From: Paracerasibacillus soli
GTDB lineage: Bacteria > Bacillota > Bacilli > Bacillales > Amphibacillaceae
Direction: 5' to 3' (one strand)
Assembly: GCF_034006335.1 (NCBI RefSeq)
Contig: NZ_JAWDIQ010000001.1
DNA: 64,000 nt
Positions 35,494 through 47,029 of this stretch are shown here, in pieces. How positions within the stretch are numbered: the first letter of the stretch is position 1; the number at the start of each line of letters is the position of its first letter. The notes beneath the pieces are model-generated. The model did no database searches, was not told the origin of the DNA, and worked only from the letters and a program-made list of their open reading frames with translations. The position numbers and the translations under genes are program-made.

Positions 35494-36942
35494 TTGAACC
35501 AAAATATAGGAAATGACTTGCAGCTGTTTGATCGAGGGTCGGGAAAGGATGATAAAATGAGTACGAAGTATCAACTAGATACGTTTAAATCGAAACTTAC
35601 AAACTATTTGGAGCGTGAGAATGCGTTAAAAGGTTCATGGGTTGGGTTAAGTATACGCTCTGCTGGAACGGGAGAACTGCTATATAGTCAATTAGGGGAC
35701 CATCGGTTTAAGCCTGCATCGAATATGAAATTACTAACTGCTGCGACGGCTTTATCGGTACTTGGAGAAACTTATACGTTTTCAACGGAGATATGGTATG
35801 ATGGGACAATTGAACAAGGAACTTTACATGGGAGCCTATATATAAAAGGTAAAGGTGATCCTACATTACTTCCAGAGGATTATGATCAATTTGTAAAACA
35901 GATCAAGAAAGCTGGGATAAATAAAATTACTGGAAATATATTTGCTGATGATTCTTGGTATGACGCGGTTCGTTTGTCAGCTGATATGATATGGAGTGAT
36001 GAACAATGGTATTATGGTTCGCAGGTATCAGCACTGACGCTTGCACCAAATGGTGATTATGATACGGGAACAGTGATATTAACAATAACTCCAAATAAAC
36101 GATTAGGTGAAAAACCGTCAATTTCTGTATATCCGAAAACAGATTATGTACAAATCTTTAATGAGGCTGTCACTTTACAAGAAGCTGAAGAAGAAGATTT
36201 AATAATCGATAGAAAGCATGGTAAAAATGATATTACAATTTCTGGTCATATCGGAATACATGATGAACCCCGAAAAGAATGGCTTGCTGTATGGGAACCA
36301 ACTTTATATGCGATAGCATATTTAAAAGCAGCATTAAATGAGAAGGGAGTAAAGTTAGATGGCATATTGACTAGGGGAACTGTTGGACAAACAGCTAAGA
36401 AGATATATACCCATCATGCAATTCCACTTGCAGAAATCATCGTACCATTCATGAAATTAAGCAACAATGGAATTGGTGAAATACTTGTAAAAGAAATGGG
36501 GAAATATGTACATAACGAAGGTAGTTGGGAAAAAGGCTTGCAGGTTTTACAGTACACATTACAAAAAGAATTTGGACTTGATATTCGTAACCTGCAAATA
36601 AGGGATGGATCTGGAATTTCTCATATTAATTTGATACCCCCCAATGAAATTACAAATTTACTTTATCGTGTAAAAGAGAAAAAGTGGTTTTCCACATTTC
36701 TTCAATCACTTCCAATTAGTGGTGAGGAAAATCGCTTAGTTGGAGGAACGTTACGAAATCGTCTGCAAGGTTTCCACGTGCAAGCTAAAACAGGGACAAT
36801 TTACGGCGTTAGCACTTTAGCCGGATATGTGGATGAAATCATATTTTCAATTATGTTAAATCACATGCTCGACGAGGAAGAGGGACCACTAATCGAAGAC
36901 CATATTATAAAATTAATCACAACATATTTAAAAAGACAATGA
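35494..36942 (+). CDS. D-alanyl-D-alanine carboxypeptidase/endopeptidase, peptidase S13 (PBP4 family)
   Basis: SXXK motif ASNMK. S13 length and architecture. Confidence 0.6.
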   Translation: MNQNIGNDLQLFDRGSGKDDKMSTKYQLDTFKSKLTNYLERENALKGSWVGLSIRSAGTGELLYSQLGDHRFKPASNMKLLTAATALSVLGETYTFSTEIWYDGTIEQGTLHGSLYIKGKGDPTLLPEDYDQFVKQIKKAGINKITGNIFADDSWYDAVRLSADMIWSDEQWYYGSQVSALTLAPNGDYDTGTVILTITPNKRLGEKPSISVYPKTDYVQIFNEAVTLQEAEEEDLIIDRKHGKNDITISGHIGIHDEPRKEWLAVWEPTLYAIAYLKAALNEKGVKLDGILTRGTVGQTAKKIYTHHAIPLAEIIVPFMKLSNNGIGEILVKEMGKYVHNEGSWEKGLQVLQYTLQKEFGLDIRNLQIRDGSGISHINLIPPNEITNLLYRVKEKKWFSTFLQSLPISGEENRLVGGTLRNRLQGFHVQAKTGTIYGVSTLAGYVDEIIFSIMLNHMLDEEEGPLIEDHIIKLITTYLKRQ

Positions 36943-37048
36943 AAATAGTTTTAATATGTTGCAAGTCTTTTTTCATTATGTTATGATACGTTTTGTACAA
37001 ATGACCAAAACGACCATTTAGTCACAAGAGGAATGAAGGTGAACGTCA

Positions 37049-37621
37049 TTGGCAATTGACCGTAAACAACAAATTGTAAATGCAGCGACAAACTCATTTT
37101 CTTTGTTTGGTTATAAAGCGACGACAATTGATCAAATTGCGAAGCTTGCTAACGTTGGGAAGGGAACCATATATACATTTTATAAAAACAAAGAAGAGCT
37201 TTTCGGTGAAATCATTTCCTACTTAATTCATGAAATGAAAACTGCAACAGAAGAAGTTTTAGATGAAAGCCTGCCTTTTTATGAAAAAGCAGATCGTGCT
37301 CTATTTAAATTATTAGAGTTTCGAACAAAGCATCAACTAATGATAAAACTTCTTCAAGAAGAAAAAGAAATGGGAACACCATTGGTAGCGGAAGAGATTC
37401 AACGAATTGAAAATACCATTGTAAATTATATAAAAGGTATCGTTCAAAGAGGAATTGAGCGCGATGAAATAAAGGAATGCAACCCAGAAATTACAGCCTT
37501 TGTCATGTTGAAACTTTATATTGCACTTATTTTTGATTGGGAACAATCAAGGCAACCTTTAGAACAATCGGAGATCTCCAAGTTATTTAAATTGTACTTG
37601 TTGGAAGGATTATCGAAATGA
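37049..37621 (+). CDS. TetR/AcrR family transcriptional regulator
   Basis: N-terminal HTH GYKATTIDQIAKLANVGKGTIYTFY. Confidence 0.7.
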   Translation: MAIDRKQQIVNAATNSFSLFGYKATTIDQIAKLANVGKGTIYTFYKNKEELFGEIISYLIHEMKTATEEVLDESLPFYEKADRALFKLLEFRTKHQLMIKLLQEEKEMGTPLVAEEIQRIENTIVNYIKGIVQRGIERDEIKECNPEITAFVMLKLYIALIFDWEQSRQPLEQSEISKLFKLYLLEGLSK

Positions 37622-37772
37622 TAATCCATTGTTTTCTTTTTTTAATGACCGCCTGAACAAAGTAGTCATAAATATTGTTGGGGGACAATATTATATTGAT
37701 ATATATTTTTTTTTAACCACCAATGACTAAATGGTTAAAATGGTCATAAGTTTGAAGGGAGTCTATAATTGT

Positions 37773-40239
37773 ATGGAAAAGTCGATGTTTTTAGCGGAAC
37801 TGAAGCGCATTTTTACAAATAAAAAAGTGCTCATTCCAATTATTGCTGTTATATTTGTTCCGATACTTTATGCAGGGATGTTTCTTTGGTCTTTTGGGAT
37901 CTGTATGATCACTTAGATGATATGCCAGTTGCTATCGTTAATGAGGATACAGGTGCAACATATGAAGGGGAACAGTTAGATTTAGGTAATGAACTTGTTG
38001 ATAAGTTAAAAGAAAATGATGAATTTCAATTTCATTTTGTTTCAAAAGAAGAAGGTTATCGGGACTTAGAAGATCGTGAATATTATATTTTAGTTGAGAT
38101 ACCAAAAGACTTTTCCAAAAATGCAACAACATTAATGGATCATAACCCTAAGAAGTTACAGCTAAAATATGTTCCGAATGAAAGTCATAACTTTCTTTCC
38201 TCCCAAATCGGAGAAACAGCTGTAGACCAAATAAAGTCTGCAATTGCTAGTGAAGTATCTGCAACATATGCTGAAAATATGTTTGATCAAATTTACGATG
38301 TTGCAGATGGACTGCAAACAGCAAGTGATGGCAGTAAGGAACTAAATGATGGCGCAGTAAAACTAGATGATGGTGCAAAGGAAATAAAAGATAATTTAGA
38401 AGTATTAGCAAGTAGTTCAATCGAATTTGAAAATGGTGTTACAAAAGCACATGAAGGTGTTCATGAACTCGAGACCGGTTCGAAAACATTAGCGGATGGA
38501 ATTGGACAATTATCTGATGCCGGTGATCAGCTATACGGAGCTTCTAAAGATGTTCAAAAAGGTTCAGAAACGTTAAAACAAGGCGTTTCACAGGCACATG
38601 CGGGCATTCAAGAAATGAATGAGAAAGTTCCCGAATTGGTTAGTGGCACAAATCAAGTGCAACAAGGGTTAAAACAATTCCAACAGCAACTACCTATACA
38701 AATGGCAGGGCAAATTGGAAATGAATTACAAGCTAGTGCTGGGAAAATGAATGAAGGTATAAACGAATTAAATAAAGGAATTAATAAAGGTTTAAATGAA
38801 CAATTTGCACCTTCATTGGCTGGCGGTTTAGCTAAAAATATGAGTGAATCAATAGCAAAAAGTACGATTACATCTCAAACTGAACAAATTGAAAATATTG
38901 TTACTTTATTAAAAATGAATCAAGTAGATGAACAAGTAATACAGACAGTCGTACAGCAGTTAAAAGAAGCTTCCCCTAGTGAAGAACAATTACAAAAGGG
39001 GCTACAAGCGGAACTACAACCTAAAATTGAAGCTGGAGTAAAACAAGGGCTATCCCAGTTTACACCACAAGTAGATAAAGGTTTTGCTCAATATAGCGCA
39101 GAAGTAAATAAACAATTAACTGGAGCAACAACTGGTCTTGAAAGTCAAATTAAAAAGGCTGTTGATCCAACATTCAACCAACTAAGTGGCGGCCTAAATA
39201 CAATCAATGCTGGACAAAAAGCTTTAAAAGCTGGCATAACTGAACTAGCTCAAGGTGCATCCCAACTTGATGAAGGAACAAATGCTTTAGCTTCAGGTCA
39301 GCAAGAATATGTTCGTAATATGCAGATGTTTACCGAAAAGCTACAAGAGGCGAAACAAGGTGGAAATGAACTTGCTGCTGGAACCCATGAGTTAAATAAT
39401 GGAATGGTTGAGTTAGCAGATGGATCTGAAAAGATAGCAGAGGGTTCTGGCCAATTAGCAGATGGTTCAAAAGAGCTTGCGTCTGGTAGTTCCGAGTTAC
39501 AAGATGGTACGGAGGAGCTACACAGTAAGTTAGATGAAGCCGCGAATGAGGCGAGCGACGTAAATGCAACTGATGAAACATATGATATGTTTGGTAATCC
39601 AGTAGAGATGGAGAAACATGAAATCAATACAGTACCGAATTATGGAACAGGGTTTGCTCCATATTTCATCTCATTAGGTTTGTTTGTGGGGCGCTACTCA
39701 TTACAATCGTGTTTAATTTGAGTGAGCCAGCTATTCAACCGCAAAATGGCATATCATGGTTCTTAAGTAAATTTGGTGTGTTATTATTAGTAGGTGTTGT
39801 GCAGGCAATTTTAGTAGATTTAATTTTATTACTTGGATTAGGACTTGAAGTGGAAAATATTCCATTATTTATGATGACAACCATTATAACAAGTCTGGTA
39901 TTTATGACGTTAATTCAAGTACTAGTGACATGGTTGGGAGACCCAGGTCGATTTATCGCCATCGTCATTCTTATCCTACAATTAACGACGAGTGCGGGAA
40001 CATTCCCATTAGAATTAATTCCGAAAGCAATCCAACCGATTAATGCCGCTTTACCGATGACATATACAGTTCAAGCATTTAAAGCTGTTATTTCAAGTGG
40101 TGATTATTCCTTTATGTGGCATAATATCGGAATACTGTTTATCTATATCGTAGTATGTACTGCTTTAACTGCTACTTATTTTATCGTGAAAAGCAAGAAA
40201 AATGGTCATGCATATGACGAGGATAAGGTTACAGCATAG
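37773..40239 (+). pseudogene. YhgE/Pip domain membrane protein (phage-infection-protein-like), 2 frameshifts
   Basis: N-terminal TM helix, a long alanine/glutamine-rich coiled-coil ectodomain, and a C-terminal 5-TM bundle. It forms a TetR-YhgE pair as in B. subtilis yhgD-yhgE. Confidence 0.65.
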
Positions 40240-40388
40240 ATCTTTAAAAGCTGATAGAAAAGTCTTTTAGAATGAATAAACCGCATGGAACCATTTGGTT
40301 TCATGTGGTTTTATTATTATTATGTCTGAACGTCAGTTAATTCTATCTTAAATTATATCGATTATGCATTCATAAAAATGGTTCTGAT

Positions 40389-40425
40389 TATCAATTTGAA
40401 AGATAATCAGAACCTTTATTTTGTT
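40389..40425. terminator. perfect 13-bp stem hairpin ggttctgattatc/gataatcagaacc + T-run
   Basis: Seen directly in sequence; lies between convergent genes. Confidence 0.55.
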
Positions 40426-40465
40426 ATTCCTGGATAGTTATGTTCCAGTTACGCTATTTATTAAA

Positions 40466-41777
40466 TTACGCTTCATCATTAGATAAGTTTAGTACCTCAA
40501 GAATTTTAAAAAATAAACTTAGTCCAATTCCAACAACTGTTGCTAAACCCATTCCAGTTAATTCAACATTCCCCCATAGTTTAATGGACGCACCACTAAT
40601 ACCAATAACAAGGACAACACAAGTTAAAATTAGATTTTGTGCCTTACTGTAATCAATTTTTGCTTCAACTAGCATACGTATTCCACTTGCGGCAATAATT
40701 CCAAATAAGAGCAAGGAAATACCACCCATTACTGGAGTAGGAATGGAAGAAATTAAGGCAGCCAACTTACCAACGAATGAAAGAATAATTGCACATACTG
40801 CGGCACCGCCGATTATCCATGTAGAGTATACTCTAGTAATCGCAAGAACACCGATATTTTCTCCATACGTCGTATTCGGTGTCGAGCCAACAAGCTTGAT
40901 AGCATCGTAGAAACACCATTTCCAATAAAGGAACGGTCTAGTCCTGGATCTTTCATTAAGTCCTTTTTTACAATATTACTTGTTACAAGTAAATGTCCGA
41001 TATGTTCTGTATTAAAACTACTGCAGCAGGTAAAATGATGACGATAGCCGACCAGTCAAATTTCATTGTGTAAATTTCAGGAAGCGAAAACCAGGATGCT
41101 TCCTTTACTAAGCTCCAATCAACTAATCCAAATCCCCAAGCAATTAAATAGCCAGCAATAATTCCAATTAATATTGGTATTATTTTCAAAAATCCGCGCA
41201 ATGTAACCCAACAAACGATTGTTATAAGTAATGTCAAAAATGAAACGAGCGCGACTTTGGAATCCATGACCCATACAGATGGATTGATGTCTTCTGGAGC
41301 AATCCAACCAGCCATTTCGGTAGCAACCGGAACAAGCTCTAGCCCAATTACAGCTACAATTGCCCCCATTGCTGCCGGAGGAAAAACAATATCAATCCAT
41401 GATGTTCCCGCTACTTTAATAAGTAGACCAACAACTGCTAATATCAACCCAACAACTAAAAAACCTGCTAATGCATATTGGTATCCTTCAACCCCAGAAT
41501 AATGCCCTAGAACGACTAACACTGGGGAAATAAATGCAAAACTTGATCCTAGATAAGCGGGAATCTTTCCTTTCGTAATAAAAAGGTAGAGTAGCGTTCC
41601 AATCCCATTCATGAGAAGAATGGTTCCGGGATTTACCCCAAATAAGATAGGAACTAAAACAGTTGAACCGAACATTGCAAATAAGTGCTGTATGCTTAAA
41701 GGTAAACTTTTAAGAAGCGGTAACCGTTCATCAACTTGTATTTCTTTGTAATTTGCCAAACCTATCACCTTTTTCAT
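40466..41777 (-). pseudogene. pyrP: uracil permease (NCS2 family), split into at least 3 pieces
   Basis: NCS2 motifs in the 40983-41777 ORF. The C-terminal piece 40466-40765 is intact. A PyrR-like leader lies upstream. Confidence 0.55.
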
Positions 41778-41810
41778 TTATTTGTTCATCAGTTACCGTT
41801 TAAGCAATAG

Positions 41811-41945
41811 AAAAAGCACTTCACCACAAATGGCAAAGTGCGAAATAAACAGATTCATAGGATGAGAGAAAAGAGTCATACTACTCATTGCTTTGAATCC
41901 GTAACACCTTGCCAGTCTCACAGGACTGATTTAAAGGTAACCGTA
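41811..41945 (-). promoter_or_regulatory. PyrR-binding-loop-like attenuator leader (AGUCCUGUGAGACU motif) with terminator hairpin upstream of uracil permease
   Basis: On the minus strand, UUUAAAUCAGUCCUGUGAGACUGGCAAGG matches the PyrR binding-loop consensus ARUCCNGNGAGGYU in 12 of 14 positions. A terminator gcactt-N14-aagtgc + TTTTT follows at 41811-41841. Confidence 0.45.
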
Positions 41946-42304
41946 TGAACTTAATATATACTATACCACAAGTCTGAGATATTGAAAGTAAAATTATCGA
42001 TAACATTTGTCTTATATTAGAAGAAAACGAAAACTCTACATATAAAAATGAACGAAGAGATAAATTTATGATAAAAAAAGTAAAAATGATTATAATATAT
42101 TTAACAAAAATTATCATTAGCAGACATAATATTCTTAATATGTGTCAAACTAGTTAACATCATTAGCGTATTTAAAAGAACTTTGTTATGATAAATATGT
42201 ACTTTTTGAAGTATAAAAGGCGAATTTATTTCGATGTAAAAAAGCGAATTAATATATATTACTTTAAAAGGTAGTTCGCTTTAAAAAAGGAAGGTGGATT
42301 TATT

Positions 42305-43512
42305 ATGAGTAAGCCAAAAATTGTCGTGCTTGGTGCAGGATATGCTGGATTAATGACGACAAAAAAACTAGCCAAACAATTGGCGCCAGAAGAAGCTGAA
42401 CTCGTACTAGTTAATAAACATAATTACCATTATGAAACAACTTGGTTACACGAAGTTGCAGCTGGAACGATTAATCACAATCAAGCAAGATTTATGATTA
42501 GTGATGTAGTTAATCCAAATCGAGTTCGCTTAATTTACGATTCAGTAGTAAAAGTAAATAAAGAGGAAAATAAAGTTGTACTTGAAAATAGTGAACTTAC
42601 ATACGATTATCTTGTAATTGCACTAGGCTTTGTTACGAATACATTCGGAATAAAAGGAATGGAAGAAAATGCATTCTTTATTCAGGATATTGATGGTTGT
42701 CAACTAATTCGTGACCACATTGAGTACAAGTTTGCACAATATAAAAATAGTGAAGAAAAAATGATGATGATCTAACCATTTTAGTTGGTGGCGGTGGTTT
42801 CACAGGCATTGAACTTGTTGGAGAATTAGTTGAAAAAGTGCCACAACTATGTAAAAAATATGATATTGATCGTAGAAAAGCACGTATCATTAATGTTGAG
42901 GCAGCACCATCTATTTTGCCTGTTTTCGAAAAAGACCTTGTTGCTTATGCTAAGGAATCTTTAGAACGTCGTGGTGTTGAATTTATGATTGGGACTAAAA
43001 TTACCGAATGTACTGAAGAAGGTTTCGTTGTTGGTGATGATAGCGAACTTGTTAAAGCCGGTACGATTGTTTGGACAGGCGGTGTAACTGGTAGTCCGGT
43101 ACTTTCTGAATCAGGCTTTGAATTAAATAGAGGCAAAGTTACAGTGAACGGTGATCTACGTGCCCCAGGTGAAGATAATATCTTTATTTTAGGAGATTGT
43201 GCTTGGGTGATGAATGAAGCAGAAGGACGCCCATTCCCACCAACAGCACAAGCCGCTATGCAACATGCTACAACATGTGCGCATAATATTGCCGCATTAC
43301 TTCACAACGAGCCTTTACAAAACTTTATTTTTGATGATAAAGGAACGGTAGCTTCATTAGGTATTACTGACGGTGTTGGAACAGTATTTGGTGGCACTAA
43401 ATTAACTGGTAAACCTGCTGCAACGATGAAGAAAGTAGTCGACAACCGCTCAATATTCTTGTTCGGTGGTGTCAATTTACTTCTTAAAAAGGGGAAAGTT
43501 CGTCCATTTTAA
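42305..43512 (+). pseudogene. ndh: type II NADH:quinone oxidoreductase (NDH-2), frameshift in A-run near 42765
   Basis: N-terminal FAD GXGXXG VVLGAGYAG and a second dinucleotide motif VGGGFTGIE after the shift. Confidence 0.7.
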
Positions 43513-43549
43513 TTCGTAATTTAGCTCCAAAAAAAGGGAGGAAATGTAT

Positions 43550-43648
43550 ATGAAACGAGGTTCATTTTATTTTCTACTAAGCATAGCATCATTAATTGGC
43601 TATATGTTTGTAAGTAGAAAAATGGAAGACACGCGAGATTTTCGCTAA
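43550..43648 (+). CDS. small hydrophobic peptide (32 aa), unannotated in ORF track
   Basis: RBS AGGGAGG lies 8 nt before the ATG. MKRGSFYFLLSIASLIGYMFVSRKMEDTRDFR. A terminator follows. Confidence 0.3.
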   Translation: MKRGSFYFLLSIASLIGYMFVSRKMEDTRDFR

Positions 43649-43655
43649 TGATATG

Positions 43656-43696
43656 AAAACCACTTTAGGTAAAGCTAAGGTGGTTTTTATTTTAGC
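43656..43696 (+). terminator. Rho-independent terminator (aaaaccacttta...taaggtggttttt)
   Basis: Stem-loop plus T-run. Confidence 0.6.
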
Positions 43697-43883
43697 TTTT
43701 TTTACTCTAGTAATGGAATAATTAATAAAAAATATTCATTTTAAACGTTTTACCTCAAAAGGCACTTCCTTTCCATTAATACCATACCGAACCCTCTATT
43801 TACTATTCATATGACGATTAGAATTAGTTGTGATACATGAAATTGTATGATTTATATCATACTAAGTGTAGAGGAGGCAAGCA

Positions 43884-44749
43884 ATGCGTAAAATTAACAT
43901 ACTTCTGTTTTCAATTTCTATCGTTTTATTTATTCACCCAAGAGGAATTAGTGCGGAACAACTTATTATTAAAGATGATAACATTAGTGAAACAGTTTTG
44001 TTAGACCATTTTACAATGCCATTTCCTACAGATTTGTTTTTGGATTTACATAAAGTAAATTTGCTTATGGACCGACTAGAAGAACAAGTATATAAACAAC
44101 CAAAGAACGCAAGGTTCGATCAAGACAACAAGATGATATCAGCAAAAACGGGTAAAAAGTTAGATCGTAATCAATTTATTGATGATTTTTATAGTCAATT
44201 TTATCTACGGCAAGAAGAATTTCTACACATTCCTAAAAGGGAAGCAGCCCCACGGGTAGATGATGAATTACTTGAAAGTATTAGCAAAAATAAAATACAT
44301 ACCTATACAACTATGTACCAAGAAACAAATAAAGAACGTTCACAAAATATAAAAATTGCAACAGCAGCAATTGACAGCTATGTTCTATTTCCTGGTGAAT
44401 CATTTTCGTTTAATAAAGTCGTTGGACAACGAACGGAAGAAAAAGGATATAAACGTGCCCCAGTAATCGTTAAAGGTGAATTAGCAGAAGATATCGGTGG
44501 AGGTATTTGCCAAGTTTCATCGACATTATTTAATGCTGTTAATTTGAAAGGTATCCAAATGATCGAACGGTACTCTCATAGTCGAGAGGTTCCATACGTT
44601 CCACCTGGTAAAGATGCGACAGTAAGTTGGTGGGGACAGACTTTGTTTTTAAAAATGAATATAACCAAGCTTTATTAATTCGTGCCTCAGCAAAAAATGG
44701 CAGAATGACGGTGGATATTTATTCATCGGAAAATATGAAAATCAAATAA
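43884..44749 (+). pseudogene. VanW-family protein, frameshift in G-run near 44632
   Basis: Signal peptide. VanW core GGGICQVSSTLFNA. The C-terminus DFVFKNEYNQALLIRASAKNG lies in the adjacent frame. Confidence 0.6.
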
Positions 44750-44814
44750 ATTTAGTCCCTCGTTTAAAACTAGCTAAATATAGTAACAATGGTGAATAGA
44801 ATGGAGGGAGTTTC

Positions 44815-45929
44815 ATGCTAGAAATTATAAATATAGATAAAGCGCTAACTAAGGTATTGGAAAAGCATAATTTTGAAGGATTATCTATCCTACGAGAGGA
44901 ATTTAAACGAGGGCATTACCCGAATGTTGTTGCCAAAATAGGGGATTTTAGAAAACAAAATAAAGTTGGATTAGATGTAGAACATTTACTCTGCTATATG
45001 GAAGCAATTTCTTATGCAGAGATGAAAGAATATATTTCCTCTAAAGAAATAATTCAAAAGCAATATGAACAAAGGACCAATGCTACAAGCGATGAACTGA
45101 TTATATTAGGCCAAATCGCTTTTTTAAGCGATCATAAATTATGTCGACGAATTATGTCGAAAGTCGTCATGATGTGTGAAAGAGAAGGAGCAAATGAAAT
45201 AAAACTTGCACGTTGTTATATGATTCTTGGGGAAGCAGAGGAGAATTTGGATAAATTTATTAGGGCGAATAAATATTACAAAAAGGCCTTAAAACATTTT
45301 GATAATCTTGCCGAAGATAAATATCAACTCATTTTGCACTTCAAGATTGGCCAAAATTATGCGAAAGTTAACGAAGTAGAAGAGGCAATTGCTTATTTGA
45401 CTAAAGCTCGTGCAATTGCTGAACAAAAGAAAAACATAATGTGTTGCTTCATAGTACGATTAGTCTTGCGAAATTATACACATTGGAAGAAAATAAACAG
45501 CTTGTTTACAACTTGTTAAAAGAAGCTTTAACAATATTGAGTGAAGGAAACAATCGTAACACAGTCTTATTTGCTGAGGTTTTAACAGACATTGGTTATT
45601 ATCATTTTTATGATGAAAACTATGAGTTGGCGATACCGTTCTATGATCAGGCAACACGTCTATATGAACAGCAAGTTCTACGCCCATCTACTAAATTAGG
45701 GATGATATATATGCAGTTTGCATACTGTTTTGAAAAACAAAATAAACCAAATCATCTAGTCGCCACAGAATACTATGAAAAGGCGATAACATACTTTAAA
45801 CAAGGTAATAATCAGCAACTACTCGAAGAAGCATTGGCAGATGTTATTACATACTTTGAACGAGTTAACAATAAGAAGAAGAAACGGCAATACGAGGATA
45901 AAATGGTCCAAATGTTGAAAGCTCAATAA
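44815..45929 (+). pseudogene. tetratricopeptide-repeat protein, possible RNPP-type (Rap/NprR-like) regulator, one frameshift near 45450
   Basis: Repeated TPR-like helices (EEAIAYLTKARAIAEQ; YYEKAITYFKQ). Total length about 375 aa. Strong RBS GGAGGGAG. Confidence 0.35.
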
Positions 45930-46087
45930 TAACATGAAATCTATTATCGTTGATTTAAGTAAAGTTGAGTTTCGGGAGCAAGCAATTGATTTATGCATGC
46001 TTGGGGTAGAAGCATACCTAAGTCGTCAATGAACCTTGCATAAAGATAAAAGGTACGATATGATTAATAGTGACAAAAAAAGCGAAT

Positions 46088-46178
46088 AGTAGAGCCTCAG
46101 GGGGAGCCTATCGGCTGAGAGTGAACGTGAAGTTCAGACCCTTTGAACCTGTTAGTTAGAACTAGCGTAGGGATGGTG
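46088..46178 (+). promoter_or_regulatory. TPP (THI-box) riboswitch
   Basis: CTGAGAG, ACCCTTTGAACCTG and GCGTAGGGA boxes in canonical order, upstream of thiT. Confidence 0.7.
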
Positions 46179-46298
46179 GCTTTTTTGATGGTTCATAAGC
46201 AATGTTGTGAGCGGAATTTTTCCCATCAGGAAGCTTCCCCTTGGCATTGCTTTTTTTGCGTTGTTTTAACAACACTATGAGGGGGAGGAAGTTTGACG

Positions 46299-46872
46299 TG
46301 GATAGACAGCGCACATTATTTTTAATAGAAGTTGCTTTGTTTACAGCTTTAGCATTTATTCTAGACAATGTACCGTTCTTAAAATTTAAAATTGGGGAAT
46401 GGCGGTTCTATATCACTCGTGATGATACCGATTTTTCTTATCGCTTTTAGATGGGGATTAAAGGGTGGTCTGTTAGCTGGATTTTTATTAGGCTGTTTAA
46501 AGTTACTTTTTGGTGGGTATATTTTAAACCCGTTTCAAGTTCTTATAGAATATGGTCTCGCCTTTACAGTATTAGGATTTGCTGGTATCTTTGCGCGCAA
46601 AATTAGTGAGGCAGTAAAAGATAGACAAATAAAAACATACTTATCTTATATAACGGCAGGTATCATATTAGGATCTGTCTTACGTTTCTTATGTCACTTA
46701 TTTGCAGGTGTTATTTTTTGGGCGGAATCAACTCCAGAATGGTTGGAATTACTGGGCATGGTCATTTATGTATAATATTTCATACATGTTACCGTCCACA
46801 ATTATTTGTGTATTAGGTACATTTTTGTTATTTAATCAGCAACCAAAAGCATTACTTAAAAAGGCAGTGTAA
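46299..46872 (+). pseudogene. thiT: ECF-transporter S component for thiamine, 2 frameshifts
   Basis: Six-TM small membrane protein directly after a TPP riboswitch. GTG start after AGGGGGAGGA. The ORFs 46241-46450 and 46392-46775 plus a tail to 46872 are consecutive. Confidence 0.55.
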
Positions 46873-47029
46873 CAAACATGCTCCGCTCACAAGTAAGGGA
46901 TAATCCTAAGAAAATGGGTTATCCCTTTTTTCATCATTATGATCGGATTTTTGAATGAAATAATTATAAAAATATAATTGTCTATCCTTCACTATGTTCA
47001 TATGCGGTGCATAGGTTATAGCACAGTCC

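Noticed and set aside
39298-39627. Minus-strand ORFs inside yhgE (39298-39627, 39330-39581)
   Set aside because: They are antisense to the Ala/Gln-rich coiled-coil coding region of yhgE and are likely spurious.
41881-42117. 78-aa ORF on the minus strand upstream of pyrP
   Set aside because: It overlaps the PyrR-like leader and promoter region. The sequence is low-complexity Ile/Phe-rich and there is no RBS.
45937-46035. 32-codon ORF after the TPR regulator as a candidate Phr-type signalling peptide
   Set aside because: It has no signal peptide and no RBS. It is followed immediately by the TPP riboswitch and is more likely non-coding.
46162-46368. 68-aa minus-strand ORF overlapping the TPP riboswitch and thiT start
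   Set aside because: It is antisense to a well-supported riboswitch and gene pair, and it has no RBS.
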